DNA from: the human T2T-CHM13v2.0 reference genome, Homo sapiens | Length of the DNA: 64,000 nucleotides | Direction: 5' to 3' (one strand) | Assembly: GCF_009914755.1 (NCBI RefSeq) | Contig: NC_060945.1 | Shown: one piece after another, positions 36,231 through 49,720 of the stretch | How positions within the stretch are numbered: the first letter of the stretch is position 1 | How the letters are laid out: each line of letters begins with the position of its first letter | Notes under the pieces: generated by a model | What the model saw: only the letters and a program-made list of their open reading frames with translations | Database searches by the model: none | Told to the model about the DNA's origin: nothing | Program-made: the position numbers and the translations under genes

Positions 36231-39200
36231 TGATAGGGACAGGAGGCAGGGAAATTCTGGGTAGAAGAGGGCAGGTGCCCAGTGAGGGCCCTGCTGATTC
36301 TCATCAAATCCCTGGTCTATCATGGATAGCTTGGTATAATTGAGAGGCTTAATTCTAGTCCTCCATTATGCACACCTGAAAGTGTCTCCTCTTCCATTCT
36401 CCCATCTCATCATTGGGATCCCATTTAGGGTCATCCAATGGTACTGTTTCTCTTCCAGTTGGATAAAGTTTGACCCCTTCCCTGACACTATATGTGATAC
36501 AAAGCTCAATCCTTTCTGGAAAGGCTAAGAAGGGCTTTGATAAAGCACACCTCTCTATCTCCTGATTCAGTTGAGGGACACTTAATCCCTAAATGTATTT
36601 AAAAATCCATGTATTACTAAAAAATAAGTGTATTACTCAGGTATCCCCTGATATCAGGAGGAAGCTGCAGAAATGGGCCCTGAGACCAGATAGTACTTTA
36701 GAGAACCTCCTGAAAGTGACCACTTCCATCTTTTATAATAGAGATAGGGAAACCCAAGAGAGAGAGAGGAGACACAGGAAAGAGGCAGAGGCTTCAATGG
36801 CCACCATGCAAGCCCACAAACCCAGAATCCCTGAGGTGCACCTCTTAACTGCTACAGATGTGGTAAGCCAGGAAATTTTAGGAAGAATTCCCCAGGCAGC
36901 ATGAGGAACCCACCTTGACCCTGTCCAATCTGCAAAGGGGACCACTGGAAGGTGGACTGTCACCAGGGACACTGGTAACTGGGTTCAGAGCCAATCGCCC
37001 AAATGGTCCAGCAGGACTGATGGCTCCCAGGGTTCCTCTTTCCAGCTCCAGTGGTCCAGACCACCACTACCATCCAGGAGCTCCAGATAATTTTGGAAAC
37101 TGAATAGAGAAAAGTGGATCTCCCTCTGCACACCATGGCTGGTCTCTCAGTTCTCCTCTCCAATCTGAGCTCCCTCTACTCTCTTAGCATAACTAGTGAG
37201 GGGTGTCTCAGGAAGTCCTTTAATCCCATATTCTTCCCAACCCATTAATTGTAGTTCAGGAGACCTCTTGTTCACCCATGCCTTTCTAATTATCCCTGAA
37301 AGCACCAACTCCTCTGTTGGGTAGGAATATTCTGACCCATATGGGGACCACCATCCTGATGGCCACAGGACAAACTCTTTCTCTCTCCCTAGTGGAGACT
37401 AATATTAACCCAGAAGTTTGGGCAATTCAAGGGAAAATTGGCTGAGCCACAACCACCATACCGGCTGGGTCCACCTTAAGGCTCTCACCTCCTTTCCTAA
37501 CCAGAAACAATAGCCCCTGAAACCAGAAGTTAAGAAAGGACTAGAAGCCATTATTGATAACTTAAGGTTGCAAGGCCTCCTCAAACCCTGGAACAGCCCT
37601 TTAATACCCCAATATTCAGGGCACAAAAACCCAGTTGGGAATGGAGACTAGTTCAGTACCTCCACCTCGTTAATGAGGCTGTGGTTCCAATTCACCTGGT
37701 GGTTCCCAATCCACATTCCCTACTAGCTCAAATACCTAAGGAAACTAAATAGTTCACAGTCCCAGACCTAAAGGATGCCTTCTTCTGCCTACCATTGCAC
37801 CCCAACTCCCAATATTTGTTTGCATTTGAGGATCCCTCCAAATAAACCACCCAGTTAACCTGAATGATGTTACCTCAGGGACTCTGAGATGGCCCCCACG
37901 TGTTTGGACAGGCATTGTCAAGAGAACCCTCTGAGTTACTTTATCCTCAGGTGAAAGTTTTACAGTATGTAGATGACATACTTCTCTGAACTTCAACTGA
38001 GGAAATCTCTCAGGAGGGCAGTAAGGCTCTTCTTAATTTCCTGGCTAACAGAGAATACAAGGTTTCAAAATCTAAAGCTCAGCTCTGTCAGACTTAAGTG
38101 AAGTACCTAGGTCTGGTCTTGGCAGAGTGGACCAGGGCATTGAGCAAAGAAAGGATTAATCCCATTTCCTCCTTTCCTTTCCCCAAAACACTCAAGCAAC
38201 TGAGGGGATTCTTAGGCATTACAGGATTCTGCAGACTATGGATACCTGGGTACAGTGAATAGCTCATCCCTTATATCACCTAATAAAGGAGATTTGGATA
38301 GCTAAAACTCACTAATTTGGGAACCAGAGGCTAGAAAAGCCTTTGACCAACTGAAACAAGCCTTGCTTAAGGCAATACTCCTTAGTCTTCCCATAGGGAA
38401 GATGTTTAATCTTTATACCTCAGAAGGAAAGGGAATGGCCTTGGGAGTTCTAACCCACATCTGGGGTCCAGCCCAGAAACCTGTAGGCTACCTAGGTAAG
38501 GAGCTTGATTTTGTAGCCAAAGGAGAGCTGGCTTGCCTCCAGGCAGTTGCAGCAGTAGCCTTTCTGGTTACCAGAGGTTACTGAGTTAACCATAGGGAAT
38601 AACTTAACCATCTATACTCTGCATAATGTGGCAGGACTTTGGTTTTCTAAGGGGAGTCTCTGGCTAATGAATAACTGCCTCCTCAGGTATCAAGCTCTGC
38701 TATTAGAGGGATCTGCAGTCCAAACAAGGACTTGTCCATCCCTAAATTCAGCCACCTTCCTCCCAGCGGAAGCTGAGAGCTTGAACATGACTGTGAACAG
38801 ATAGTAGTATCCAGCCAGAGAGGGCCTCTAGGAAACCCCCTTAGAGAACCCAGACAAAATTCTCTTTATGAGTGGAAATTCTTTTGTAAAACAAGAGATC
38901 CATAAAGCATGGTATGCTATAGTTATTCTGACTGATATTTTTGAGAGCTCGTCTCTCTCCTTGGGAACAAGAGCTCAACTAGCTGAGCTCATTGCCCTCA
39001 CGAGGGCACTCAAATTAAGCAAAGGGAAAGCAGTTAACATTTACGCTGATTCTAAGTATCCTTTCCTAGACCTCCATGCCCATGCTGCTATCTGGAAAGA
39101 GAGAAACTTTCTCACAGCTAATGGGTCTCCCATTAAATACCAACAGGAAATTAATTGACTATCATCCTCAGTTTTCATCCCATAGGAAGTAGCAGTAACA

Positions 39201-41580
39201 CAATGTGAAGGCCCCCAAAAGGAATGGATAAAGTAACTGAGGGAAATAGGTTGGAAGACTAAGCAGCTAAGTCAGCAGAGAGAGGGCCTCAGATTTCTGA
39301 TCCACTTGAAGCCCCACTGGTCTGGGAGGGCCTCATAGGAGAAATAAAACTTCAGTATTCTCCTATGGAAATAGAATGGGGCACCTCTTGGGGTTACATC
39401 TTTCAGTCCTCAGGATGGCCACAATTGGAGGATGCCAAGCTTCATCTACTGGCTGCCAAACAATGGAAAGTTCTTAAAAGCCTTCACCAGGCCTTTCACC
39501 TGGGTAAAGATAAAACCTTTCAAATGGTTCAGAGATTGTTCTCAGGTAAAAACCTGACACAAATAGTTAAACAGGTTGTTAACGCTTGCAAGATTTGCCT
39601 TAAAAATCATCCCCTCAGCTGACCACTTCTGCACCCAGGAACTCAAAGGACAGCAGGCTGAGGGAAAACTAGCAAATGGATTTCACCCATATGTCAAAGG
39701 TAAGGGGCATCCAGTACCTTCTAGAATGAACAGATACCTTCACTAACTGGGTAGAGCCATTTCCATGTGGGACAAAGAAAGCCTCCAAGGTGGTAAAAGT
39801 ACTGATTAATGAGATAATTCCTTGCCCTGGCCTGCCTAAGCAACTTCAGAGAGATAATGGCCTCTCATTCAAGGCAGCTGTGACCCAGGGGGGTCACAAA
39901 GGCACTAGGAATACACTACCATCTTCATTGTGCTTGGAGACCACGATGCTCAGGAAAGATAGAAAAGACAAATGATATTATAAAAAAGGCACCTCAGAAA
40001 ACTATCTCCCTCAGACTAATCTTCCCTAGACTAACCTTCTCACCATAGCTCTACTACATATTTAAAACAGCCCTTTAAAGCTAGGTTTGAGTCCTTTTGA
40101 AATGATGTATGGACAGCCTTTTCTCACCAATGATTTCTTGCTAGACAAATAAATCTCTGATTTGCTAGACAAATAAATCTCTGATCTTTGGCCCATTTCC
40201 AACAGGAACTGGAGCAACTGTCAGAGGCCCAATCCCATGAATTTGGGCCACTTCTATTCAACCCAGGGGACCTAGTACTGATGAAGGTACTTCCTTCCCT
40301 TCCTCCCTCTATAAACCCAGATTGGAAGGGACTTTACGCTGTACTTGTTTCCACTCCTACAGCACTGAAAGTCACTGGAATATGTTCTTGGATTTATTAT
40401 ACCCAAGTAAAGGCCTGGAAAGCTCACAGAGTTACCTCCATCAACCCAGAAGACCACCGAAAGTACCAATGTGAAGAGATCAGAGATCTCAAGTTAATAA
40501 TTTTTAAAAAAGTGTTAATAATTAGCCTTTCAGGTATATTCTCTTTATAGTCTTGCCTATGCTTGCTGTTGTTACCTTCGTTCTATTGTATACCACAGGT
40601 TAAAAATGGTGATTTCAGAATGATTAGTATATTTCACTTATTTCTGTAATCTTTGGCACAAAATTCTTTCCTTTTAACTCCTCTTTGTGTAATACACATA
40701 TTTGATCCACACATACTTAACTTTGTAAAACTTGTTTTTTCTTGCCTAGAGGCCATCAAACTCCAAGCTATCAAACAACCGGAGCCTCAGACAATGGTTC
40801 CCTTTTGCTGGGGACCTCTGGGAGGAATCTGACTGCTGTTCTGCCTAAAACAACACCCCCTGTCACCAAAAAGCCTGACACCATGACCCAAAGTGAGAAC
40901 TTATATCATTGTTTTCCTGCTCTAATGTTGCCTTTTCCAAAACCACTCATGTTCTGTCCCACCCCCATCCTGTACAGATAAAAATCCCAGGCTCAGCCAA
41001 CAAAAGAGGAGAAGCAGCTGGACGTCAGAGACTATGGTTGCATGTCGGAGAGAAGCAGCTTAACTTTAAAGAGAGAGCTTGATGGTGTCACTTCAGAGAG
41101 GAGTCTGGCCAGGGATGGTCAGACTTCAAGGGAGGATTGCCTTCCCACCCTGTCCCCTTTTCAACTCCCATCCCACTAAGAGTGACTTTCATCAGCAATA
41201 TAATCCCCTGCATTTACCATCTTCAATTCATTCATGCAACCTCATGTTTCCTGGATGCCAGAAAAGAGCTCAGAGCCACAAATGTGGTGCAAAAGGCTGT
41301 CACACTGACCCTCCATTGAGCTGTTAACACTTAAGCCATCCACAGATGGCAAAGCTAAAAGTCCACTGTAACAGTCATTCTGGGGCTTCAGGGGTTGTGA
41401 GCACCCTTCAAGATGGTGCCATGAGTTTTTCTCCTATTGGTGCCCAAAAGCACTCACCCTGGTTTCTGCACCCACTCACCTGCATACTCCCTCTTGTGAG
41501 GGGTTGAGAACTGTGGGATGAGTAAGTGAGGCACTCCTGTCATGAGGCCCATGAAGGGGTCAGAGAAATATCCTGCTTCA
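36231..41580 (+). mobile_element. Class I (ERV1, HUERS/MER4-group) provirus remnant with LTR1/LTR28-like LTR, gag-pro-pol and env almost entirely deleted
   Basis: TG...CA termini. Gag zinc knuckle CPICKGDHWKVDC at ~36922. RT LPQG and YVDD (37966-37977). RNase H AQLAELIALTRAL..YADSKY (38868). Integrase H..H..CKIC (39365). Env tail LEAIKLQ at ~40746. Confidence 0.88.
36511..40500 (+). pseudogene. Decayed gammaretrovirus-like gag(3')-pro-pol
   Basis: Motifs as above in broken frames with many stops. Confidence 0.85.
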
Positions 41581-44500
41581 AAATTAATAACTCAACATCT
41601 TTTACAGTAGTTGCAAAAAAAAAAAAGAAAAAAGAAAAAAAAACTTAAGAATACATCTAACCAAAGAGGTGAAAGACCACTACAAGGAAAACTACAAAAC
41701 ACTGCTGAAAGAATTCATAGATGACACAAACAAATGGAAACATATCCCATGTTCATGGATGGGTAGAATCAATATTGTGAAAATGATCATACTGTCAAAA
41801 GCAATCTAGAAATTCAATGCAATTCTCATAAAAATACCATCATCATTCTTCACACAACTAGAAAAAGCAATCCTAAAATTCACATGGAACCAAAAAAGAG
41901 CTCACATACTCAAAGTAAGAGTAAGCAAAAAGAACAAGTCCGGAGGCATCACATTACATGACTTCAAACTATAATGTAATGCCATAGTCACCAAAACAGC
42001 AAGGTACTGGTATAAAAGTAGGCACAAAGACCAATGGAACAGGATAGAGAGGACAGAAATAAAGCAAAATACATATAGCCAACCAATCTTTGACAAAGCA
42101 AACAAAAACATAAAGTGGGGAAAGGACACCCTATTCAACAAATGGTGCTGGGATAATTGGCAAGCCACATGTAGAGAATGAAACTGGATCCTCATCTCTC
42201 ATCTTATGCAAAATCAACTCAAGATGGATCAAACACTTAAATCTAAGACCTCAAACCATAAAGATTCTAGAAGATAACATTGGAAGAACCCTTCTATACA
42301 TTGGCTTAGGCAAAGACTTCCTGACTTAGAACACAAAAGCAAATGCAACAAAAACAAAGATAAATAGAAGGAGCTTAAACTAAAAATCTTCTTCACAGCA
42401 AAAGAAATAATCCTCAGAGTAAACAGACAACCCACAGAGTGGGAAAAATTCTTTGCAAACTGTGCATCTGACAAAGAACTAATTCCAGAATCTACAAAGA
42501 ACTCAAACGAATCAGAAAGAAAAAAAACAAACAATCCCATCAAAAAGTGGGCAATTGACATGAATAGATAATTCTCAATTTTGGCCATATACAATGGTCA
42601 TATACATATAAAAAATGCTCAACATCACTAATTTTCAGGAAAATGCAAATCAAAACCACATTGCCATACCATACCACCTTACTCCTACAAGAATGGCCAT
42701 AATTTAAAATTCAAAAATTGTAAATTTTGGTATAGATGTGGTGAAAAGCAAACACTTTTACACTGCTGTTGGGAATGTAAACTAGCACAACCACTATGGA
42801 ATACAGTATGGAAAGCCCCTGAAGAACTAAAAATAGATCTACCACTTGATACAGCAATTCTACTACTGGGTATCTACTCAGAGGAAAAGAAGTCATGATA
42901 TCAACAAGACACTTGCACACACCTGTTTGTGACAGCACATTCACAATTGCAAAAATATGGAACCAGCCCAAATGCCCATCGATCAACAAGTGGTAAAGAA
43001 AATGTGGTATGTATATATCATGGAATACTACTCAGTCATATAATGGAATAAAATAATGGCATTTGCAGCAACCTGGATATAGTTGGAGACCATTATTCTA
43101 AGTGAATTAACTCAGGAATGGAAAACTAAACATCATATGTTCTCACTTGTATGTGGGAGCTAAGCTATGAGGATGCAAAGGCATATGAAAGATACAATGG
43201 ACTTTGGGGACTCAGGAAGGGAGAGGGGGTGAGGGATAAAAGACTACACCTTGGGTGCAGTGTACACTGCTTGGATGATGAGTGCACCAAAATCTCAGAA
43301 ATCACCACTAAAGAACTTGTTTACATAACCAGACACCACCTGTTCCCCAAAAACCTATTTGAAATAAAAATAATACTTGAAATAAACTTAAAAAGGAATA
43401 AATGGAAGGGCATTAATGTATGGATTGGAAGACTTAGTACTGTTGCAATAGCAATACTCCCCAAATTGATCTATAGATTCAATGCAATTCTTATGAAAGT
43501 GTCAGCTGCCTTTTTTAGAAATTGGCAAAAAGATCTTAAGATTCACATGGATGCAAGGGACCCAGAATAGCTAAAACAATCTCTAAAAGGAAGGACAAAG
43601 TTGGAGGACTCCCATTTCCAATTTCCAAACTTAATACAAAGTGCCCATAATCAATATAGTATGGTACTTGCATAAGGACAGACATACAGGTCAATGGAAT
43701 GAAATTTTGAATCCAAAAATGCACCCTTCTATTTATGGTGAATTGATTTTCACAAGGGTACCAAAGAAGTTCAATGAGCAAAAATACATCTTTAAAAAAA
43801 GACACTAAGACAACTGGATATAATGCACAAGAATGAAATTGGGCTCCTATCTCACACAATATATAAGCATTAATTTTTTTAAGAAGAGCAGAGTATGAAG
43901 TATGAGAGTTAAAACTATAAAACTCTTAGAAGTCAACATAGTAGTAAATCTTTGTGACCTTGAATTAGGCAATGATTTTCTAGTTATGAAACCAAAAGCA
44001 ATAATAAACAGATAAAATTACACTTTATCAAAGTATTTTTGCATTTCAAAGGAAAACATGAAGAAAGTGAAAAAACCCACAGAATGGGAGCATTATTTGC
44101 AAATTGTATATCTGATAGGAGATTTGTATCCAGAATATTTAAAGAATTCTTGTAACTCAACAACAAAAAGACAAATAACCCAATTTAAAAATAGACAAAG
44201 AATTTCAATAGCTATTTCTGCAATATACAAGTGGTCAATAAGCACATGAAAAGATACTTAACATCATTAATCATTAGGGAAATGCAAATTAAAACAACAA
44301 TGAGATACAAATTTGCACATACTAAGATGGTTATAATCAAAAGGACAGACAGTGACAAGCATTAGTGAGGATAATTGAAACCTTCATACAATGCTGGTGG
44401 AAATTTTAAATTATGCAGCCACTTTTGAAAACAATGTGTCAGCTCCTTAAAAAAAGTTAAACACAAAGTTACCATTTGATCAAGCAGTTTCACTCCTAAG

Positions 44501-44911
44501 TATATAATCAAGAGAATTAAAAGCACATGTCTACACAAAATCTTGCAGAGAAATGTCATAGCAGCATTATTCATAATAGACCACAAGTGGAAACAATCCA
44601 AATGTCCATCAACTGATGAATGGATAAATAAAATGTGTCAGATCCATACAATGAAATATTATTCAGCAATGAAAAGAAATGAAATGTAATACATGTTATA
44701 ACATGGATGACCTTTAAAACATTATGCTAAGTAAAAGAGGCCAGAAACAAAAAGGCCACATATTGTATGAATCCTTTTATATACAAGGTAGAGTAGGTAA
44801 ATCCATAAAGACAAAAAGTCATTCAGTGGTTGCCAGGACCTAGGAGGTATGGGAGAATGGAGAGAATTGCTAAAGGGCATGAGCTTTCCTTTGGGATGAT
44901 AAAAATATTCT

Positions 44912-45651
44912 TTTAAAAAAACTGTATGAGGTACAAGTTCAATTTTATTACATGCATAAATTATGTTGTGGTGAAGTCAAGGCTTTCAGGGTATTCATCA
45001 CCCAAATAATGTACATTGTATCCATTAGGTAATTTCTCATCATCCACCCTTCTCTTACCCTTTCACCCTTCCAAGGCACCATTGTCTATCATCCCCCACT
45101 CTACGTCCATGTATACACATTATTTAACTCCCACTTATAAGTGAGAACATGCAATATTTGTCTTTCTATATCTGACTTGTTTCACTTAAGGAAATGACCT
45201 CCAGTCCTATCCATGTTGCTGCAAATGACGTAATTTTTTTAATGGATGAGTAGTATTCCATTGTGTATATATACCACATTTTTTATCCAATCATCTGTTG
45301 ATAGACACATAGATTGATTCCATATCTTTGCTATTGTGAATAGTGCCACAATAAACATACAAGTGCAAGTATCTTTTTGATATCATTACTTATTTTCTCT
45401 TGAGTATATACCCAGTATTGCAATTGCTGAATCCAATGGTAGCTTTGTATTTAGTTCTTTGAGAAATCTTCATACTGTTTTCTATAGAGGTTGAACTAAT
45501 TTATATTCCCACCAACAACATATAAGAGTTCCCTTATCTCCACATACTCACCAACATCTATTATTTTTTGACTTTTTAATAGTAACCATTCTGACTAGAA
45601 TAAGATGATATCTTGTTGTAGCTATAATTTGATTTCTTGCTAATTAGCGAA
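44912..45651 (-). mobile_element. 5'-truncated L1MA/L1PB4-type 3' end nested in the L1MB 3'UTR
   Basis: Perfect 19-bp TSD gggatgataaaaatattct at 44893-44911 and 45652-45670. Confidence 0.88.
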
Positions 45652-46037
45652 GGGATGATAAAAATATTCTAAAATTAGATACTGATGATGCTTGCACAAC
45701 CCTGTGAATATACACTGCAAAAGGGTGAATTTTATGTGTGAATTATATCTCAATAAAATATAAAACAATATTTTAATTAATAAATAAAATACATCTGTTT
45801 ACCCCCCCCAAAAAAAAACCCAGATCAATGGCTAGAAGGCAAAGAAGCTAGAAAATACACTATTCCTATTCTAAAGCTGATAATCATTTTACCATGTTGT
45901 AGATATCTCTAAGTAAGAAGTTGACAAAGATCAACAAAAAGATGTGTTCCATTCCAAAAATTTCTCGATTCTATGATTCAGCGCAGAAAGATTGTGCAAG
46001 TTTATACTTTAGTAATACAGAACAAAGTGAGTACTGG

Positions 46038-48030
46038 TGATAGCAGCAGAAGGCAGACACATTTCTAGGCAGACAGGGGTGAGTCCCCAGTAAAACTAGA
46101 CCTTCAAACCAAGCACAGCTTAAAGCCTGAAAACTGAGTTACCAGCGTCCACAACCAGAGTGAGAACTTCCTCAGTGCCTTTTAGCCAATTTAATGGTGC
46201 TTTGTCCAGGCCCACTTATGGACCAATCAGCACACACTCCCCCATTCTGATCCCATAAAAACCCTGGACTCAGCCACATATTGGGACTACATGCTTTCAG
46301 GTAGGGGCTACCCACTTCAGGTCCCCTCTTGTGTCAAGAGCTGTTCTGTTGTTCTCTTCTCTGCCTTGCTTATTCTCCAGTTGTCCATGTAACCTCATTC
46401 TTCTTGGACATGGGACAAGAACCCAGTACCCACCAAATGGCAGGTGCAAAAAATGCTGTAACACTGTAGCCCTCCAACCCTCTGCTGGCACCAGGCTGTT
46501 GCTCCATGTAACAGGAAGCAGTGGCAATGGGGCCAGGCCAGCCAAGAAGCTATGAGCTGGAATGTGGGCAGCAGGACTGAACAAGCTGTAAAACAAATGA
46601 GCTGAAACTTGCTGCCCTCCCACCCCCATTCACTGTGCTGCAGGCAGTGGAAAGAAGAGAGAGATGTATCACTCCTTGAGGGCTCAGACCTCAGGACTCC
46701 CCAAGCAACTGTAACACCCCTTGGGCTCCACAGTTGCTGGCATCTCTGAGTTTTCAGAAGCCACTGCAGCCTCCTTGTCCAGACACTGGCACCCAAGCAG
46801 AAATGATTCAAGACAGCACACCCGGACCAGTCATGGACTGAGCACAGAGTTGGCAGGCACTGGATCCAGGTCCATAGCACAAGCTGAGTGCAATCACTGG
46901 GCTGAGTGAGAGGAGTAAGCCTAGCAGAAAACCCAGTGCCAAGCAAAGCCTGAGCAAAGGCACCACTAGCCACAGAGCTTTCCTGCTGGCAAAGGAGCAC
47001 CAAAAGAATCCTGTGTCATTTCTGGGGGTCATCTGAGATCTGCAAAAGGGTAAGTAAAAGTGGACCTCTTTCACTTTCATTTCGAGGCTTCTTGTCCTCA
47101 GTTTTTTTTTCTGAAAACAGATAAAGCGCTAGGCCTGTAGCAGCCAGTTAAGAACAAATGGCATGGCTGCAGAGGATAGATTTGTTGGGGAGGACTTTCA
47201 CAACGCACCCTCTTGTCCCCATCACCCCCAGGTATCGAGAATATTGGCTTTGTTCCAATCCAGTCTCCCTTCACAGAAGTCTAGTTATCATGTGGGATCA
47301 AAATAAGGTCCTGGGGCAACTGAAAGTATCTGGCCAAGGGTACATCTCTGCATTACCTGAAGCTTCCTGGGCCAGCCCTCAATCCCTGACAGCCCATTCG
47401 GGTGTCAGCCAAGACCTTCAATCTTTCTTATGGCATTTTTTTTTCCTTTGCAGAGGTCATAGCTCCTATCTCTTCTTTATATACAATGCTAAGGGTGTTG
47501 TTGCAAACCACAGAGATAATATGACTGGGTAGAATGAGCATTTGGCTCAGTCATCAGGAGTATAATTCAGAACAATGTGGTATGTGTCCATTCTTAGAAA
47601 CTAAGAGGATGTAACAATTGAGAGTTTTCTGTCCCCTGTTAAGGGAATCAATTTGCATAGGGCAAGAGCCTATTTCCCCCCAGCCACCTTCCCCTTCCCT
47701 GCATTTAAGGGTTCCTCCCACTGCCCCCCGCACCTTGTCAGGAGTCAACAGCTTCACCTTAGCATTGTGCTTATGATAGAGAAGCAACCGAGGAGCTGCC
47801 CTACTGGTTGTTGGCTGCAATTTGCTGAGGACCACCTGGGACTAGTTTAATGGGTCTGTGTACACTCCTGAGGCACCTTTTTGTCCCAAATTCAATTCCA
47901 AGCTTCAGGTTGAAGGCCTAAAGAGGGAAAATTAGATCTGAGGGACCCAGAGGCAGTCAGAGTGGAAGGCTAGGGCACAGCCCGAGTGAGCATGACTATC
48001 CTTGCTAATTAGGCCTTCCCACTTCACTGG
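46038..48030 (+). mobile_element. ERV1 MER4-group 5' LTR (46038-47018; LTR27/LTR28/MER61-like) plus leader; 3'-truncated
   Basis: tgatagcagcagaaggcagac...atcctgtgtCA, followed by a degenerate tRNA-Pro PBS tgggggtcatctgagat (47023-47039) and splice donor aggGTAAGT (~47049). No 3' LTR. Confidence 0.75.
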
Positions 48031-48347
48031 GAAGAACTATCATCATGACTTTGATGTGAAATCAGAATTAAGAACTAATTCTCTGAACTTACAGTGTGAA
48101 GATTACATCTGCAGAGCAGACACGCAAGTGGTTCTCAGGAACCATTCAGTTTTTAAAATACAATTTCTGGCAGTATGTAAGATTGGTCATTACAAACCCT
48201 GCTCCTCTCTCCCTACCTTAATAACCAGGACCCCACTTTTCAACATTCTGAATATCACCAGTCTTAGGGAACCAAGTCCTCCACTCCATCAAACACTTCT
48301 AGAAACTGCTTCGTAAAAGTATCACTTGTGAATCCAGAAGAACTGAC

Positions 48348-49280
48348 TGACAGAGCAGGAGCATCATCATCTTGGACAAGTCCCTCATTCTAAAGTTCAC
48401 CTTAATAAAAACCACCTAAATCCAAAGGGTATCAGCCTAATGGCTAAGGTCAGCATGACCATAAACCACAAATAACATCTCCAACCAGAAACATTCCAAA
48501 CTCCTCCACAACCAGGGACATGCTAGCCCCGAGATAAACACCACTCCAGGCCAGAAGGATGTCTGCCCCAAGATAACCTCCCCTCCTCGCAAAGAGATTC
48601 CAACCCTGTCATAAACTTCCCCAACACATAAATATTCCAAGTTGTAATAAGCCCCCCCTCCCTAAGACCAATATATACTCTTAGTCTGTAAGAGAAAACT
48701 CTCCTGACTGATATCAGCCAGGAGTGCCTCTCAGGTTTTAACTAAAGAAAACCTGTCTTAGTGTTCTCATTGCTCAATTCCCACCTATGAGTGAGAACAT
48801 GCGGTGGTTGGTTTTCTGTCCTTGTGATAGTTTGCTCAGAATGATGGTTTCCAGCTTCTTCCACATCCTTACAAAGTAAATGAACTCATCCTTTTTTATG
48901 GCTGCATAGTATTCCATGGTGTATATGTGCCACATTTTCTTAATCCAGTCTATCATTGATGGACACTTGGGTTGGTTCCAAGTCTTTGCTATTGTGAATA
49001 GTGCCAAAATAAAGGACATAGGATGGGGAACATCACACACCGGGACTGTCGTAGGGTCGGGGGAGGCGGGAGGGATAGCATTAGGAGATATACCTAATGT
49101 AAATGATGAGTTAATGGGTGCATCACACCAACATGGCACATGTATACATATGTAACAAACCTGCGTGTTGTGCATACGTACCCTAGAACTTAAAGTATAA
49201 TTTAAAAAAAGGAAAAAGAAAACCTGTCTTTAACTGCCAGCCACATTTCATGTTTCTTTCCTCTTTCTTTAACTCTTAAA
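48348..49280 (+). mobile_element. LTR47-like (ERVL) solo LTR interrupted by an L1
   Basis: tgacagagcaggagcatcatcatcttggacaag start. 5-bp TSD ctgac at 48343-48347 and 49281-49285. Confidence 0.75.
48760..49214 (+). mobile_element. Short twin-primed (5'-inverted) L1PA5/6
   Basis: Inverted segment 48760-49013, forward 3'UTR plus poly(A) 49014-49214. Perfect 16-bp TSD aaagaaaacctgtctt at 48744 and 49215. Confidence 0.92.
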
Positions 49281-49547
49281 CTGACTATGTTCAATAATAA
49301 AGTCAATAAACAGGTCAAATAATATAAACATCCAGTTGATGTTTTCTGAATGTTAAATTTGTAAGACAAAGAGTTCTACAATTCTATGGAACAGGGATAT
49401 GAAAGATAGTGGGAAGTAGGGAGAACATCAAAGATTCAAATGTTCATAGGTCTGTAGGTCTTTGTCAGATATTTATGACATGTTCTCAGGACACTGAACA
49501 AGAGCCAGTGTTTGAGTTCTTAGAATAAAGCAAATCCAAAAACATTA

Positions 49548-49720
49548 GTTTTCAGAGCTTGAATAGACCTTAGAGATCACCAAACCAAACTCCTTATTTT
49601 ATGAACTAGAAAACTGCAGTGCTAAGAAAAACAAAACCAGATATGATTAGCTTATACAGTTAGTTGGAGATATGGGATTTGAATGCAGGTTTCTTGATTC
49701 ATGGACCAGTCATTCTTTGG
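49548..49720 (-). mobile_element. MIR-family SINE
   Basis: gaccttagagatcacc...ccttattttatgaactagaaaactg...gggatttgaatgcaggtttcttgattc. Confidence 0.7.

Larger units (their letters stand above)
32410..43375 (+). mobile_element. Near full-length L1PB nested in L1MB and interrupted by an ERV; internal deletion at ~33240
   Basis: L1PB-type 5' end atggaagacaggaggcaggact...ctcccact. ORF2 remnants at 34560 and 35591. 3' end caccacctgttccccaaaaacctatttgaaataaaa. Confidence 0.85.

Noticed and set aside
46395-47003. 202-aa minus-strand ORF
   Set aside because: Lies wholly within a GC-richer LTR, with no recognisable domain.
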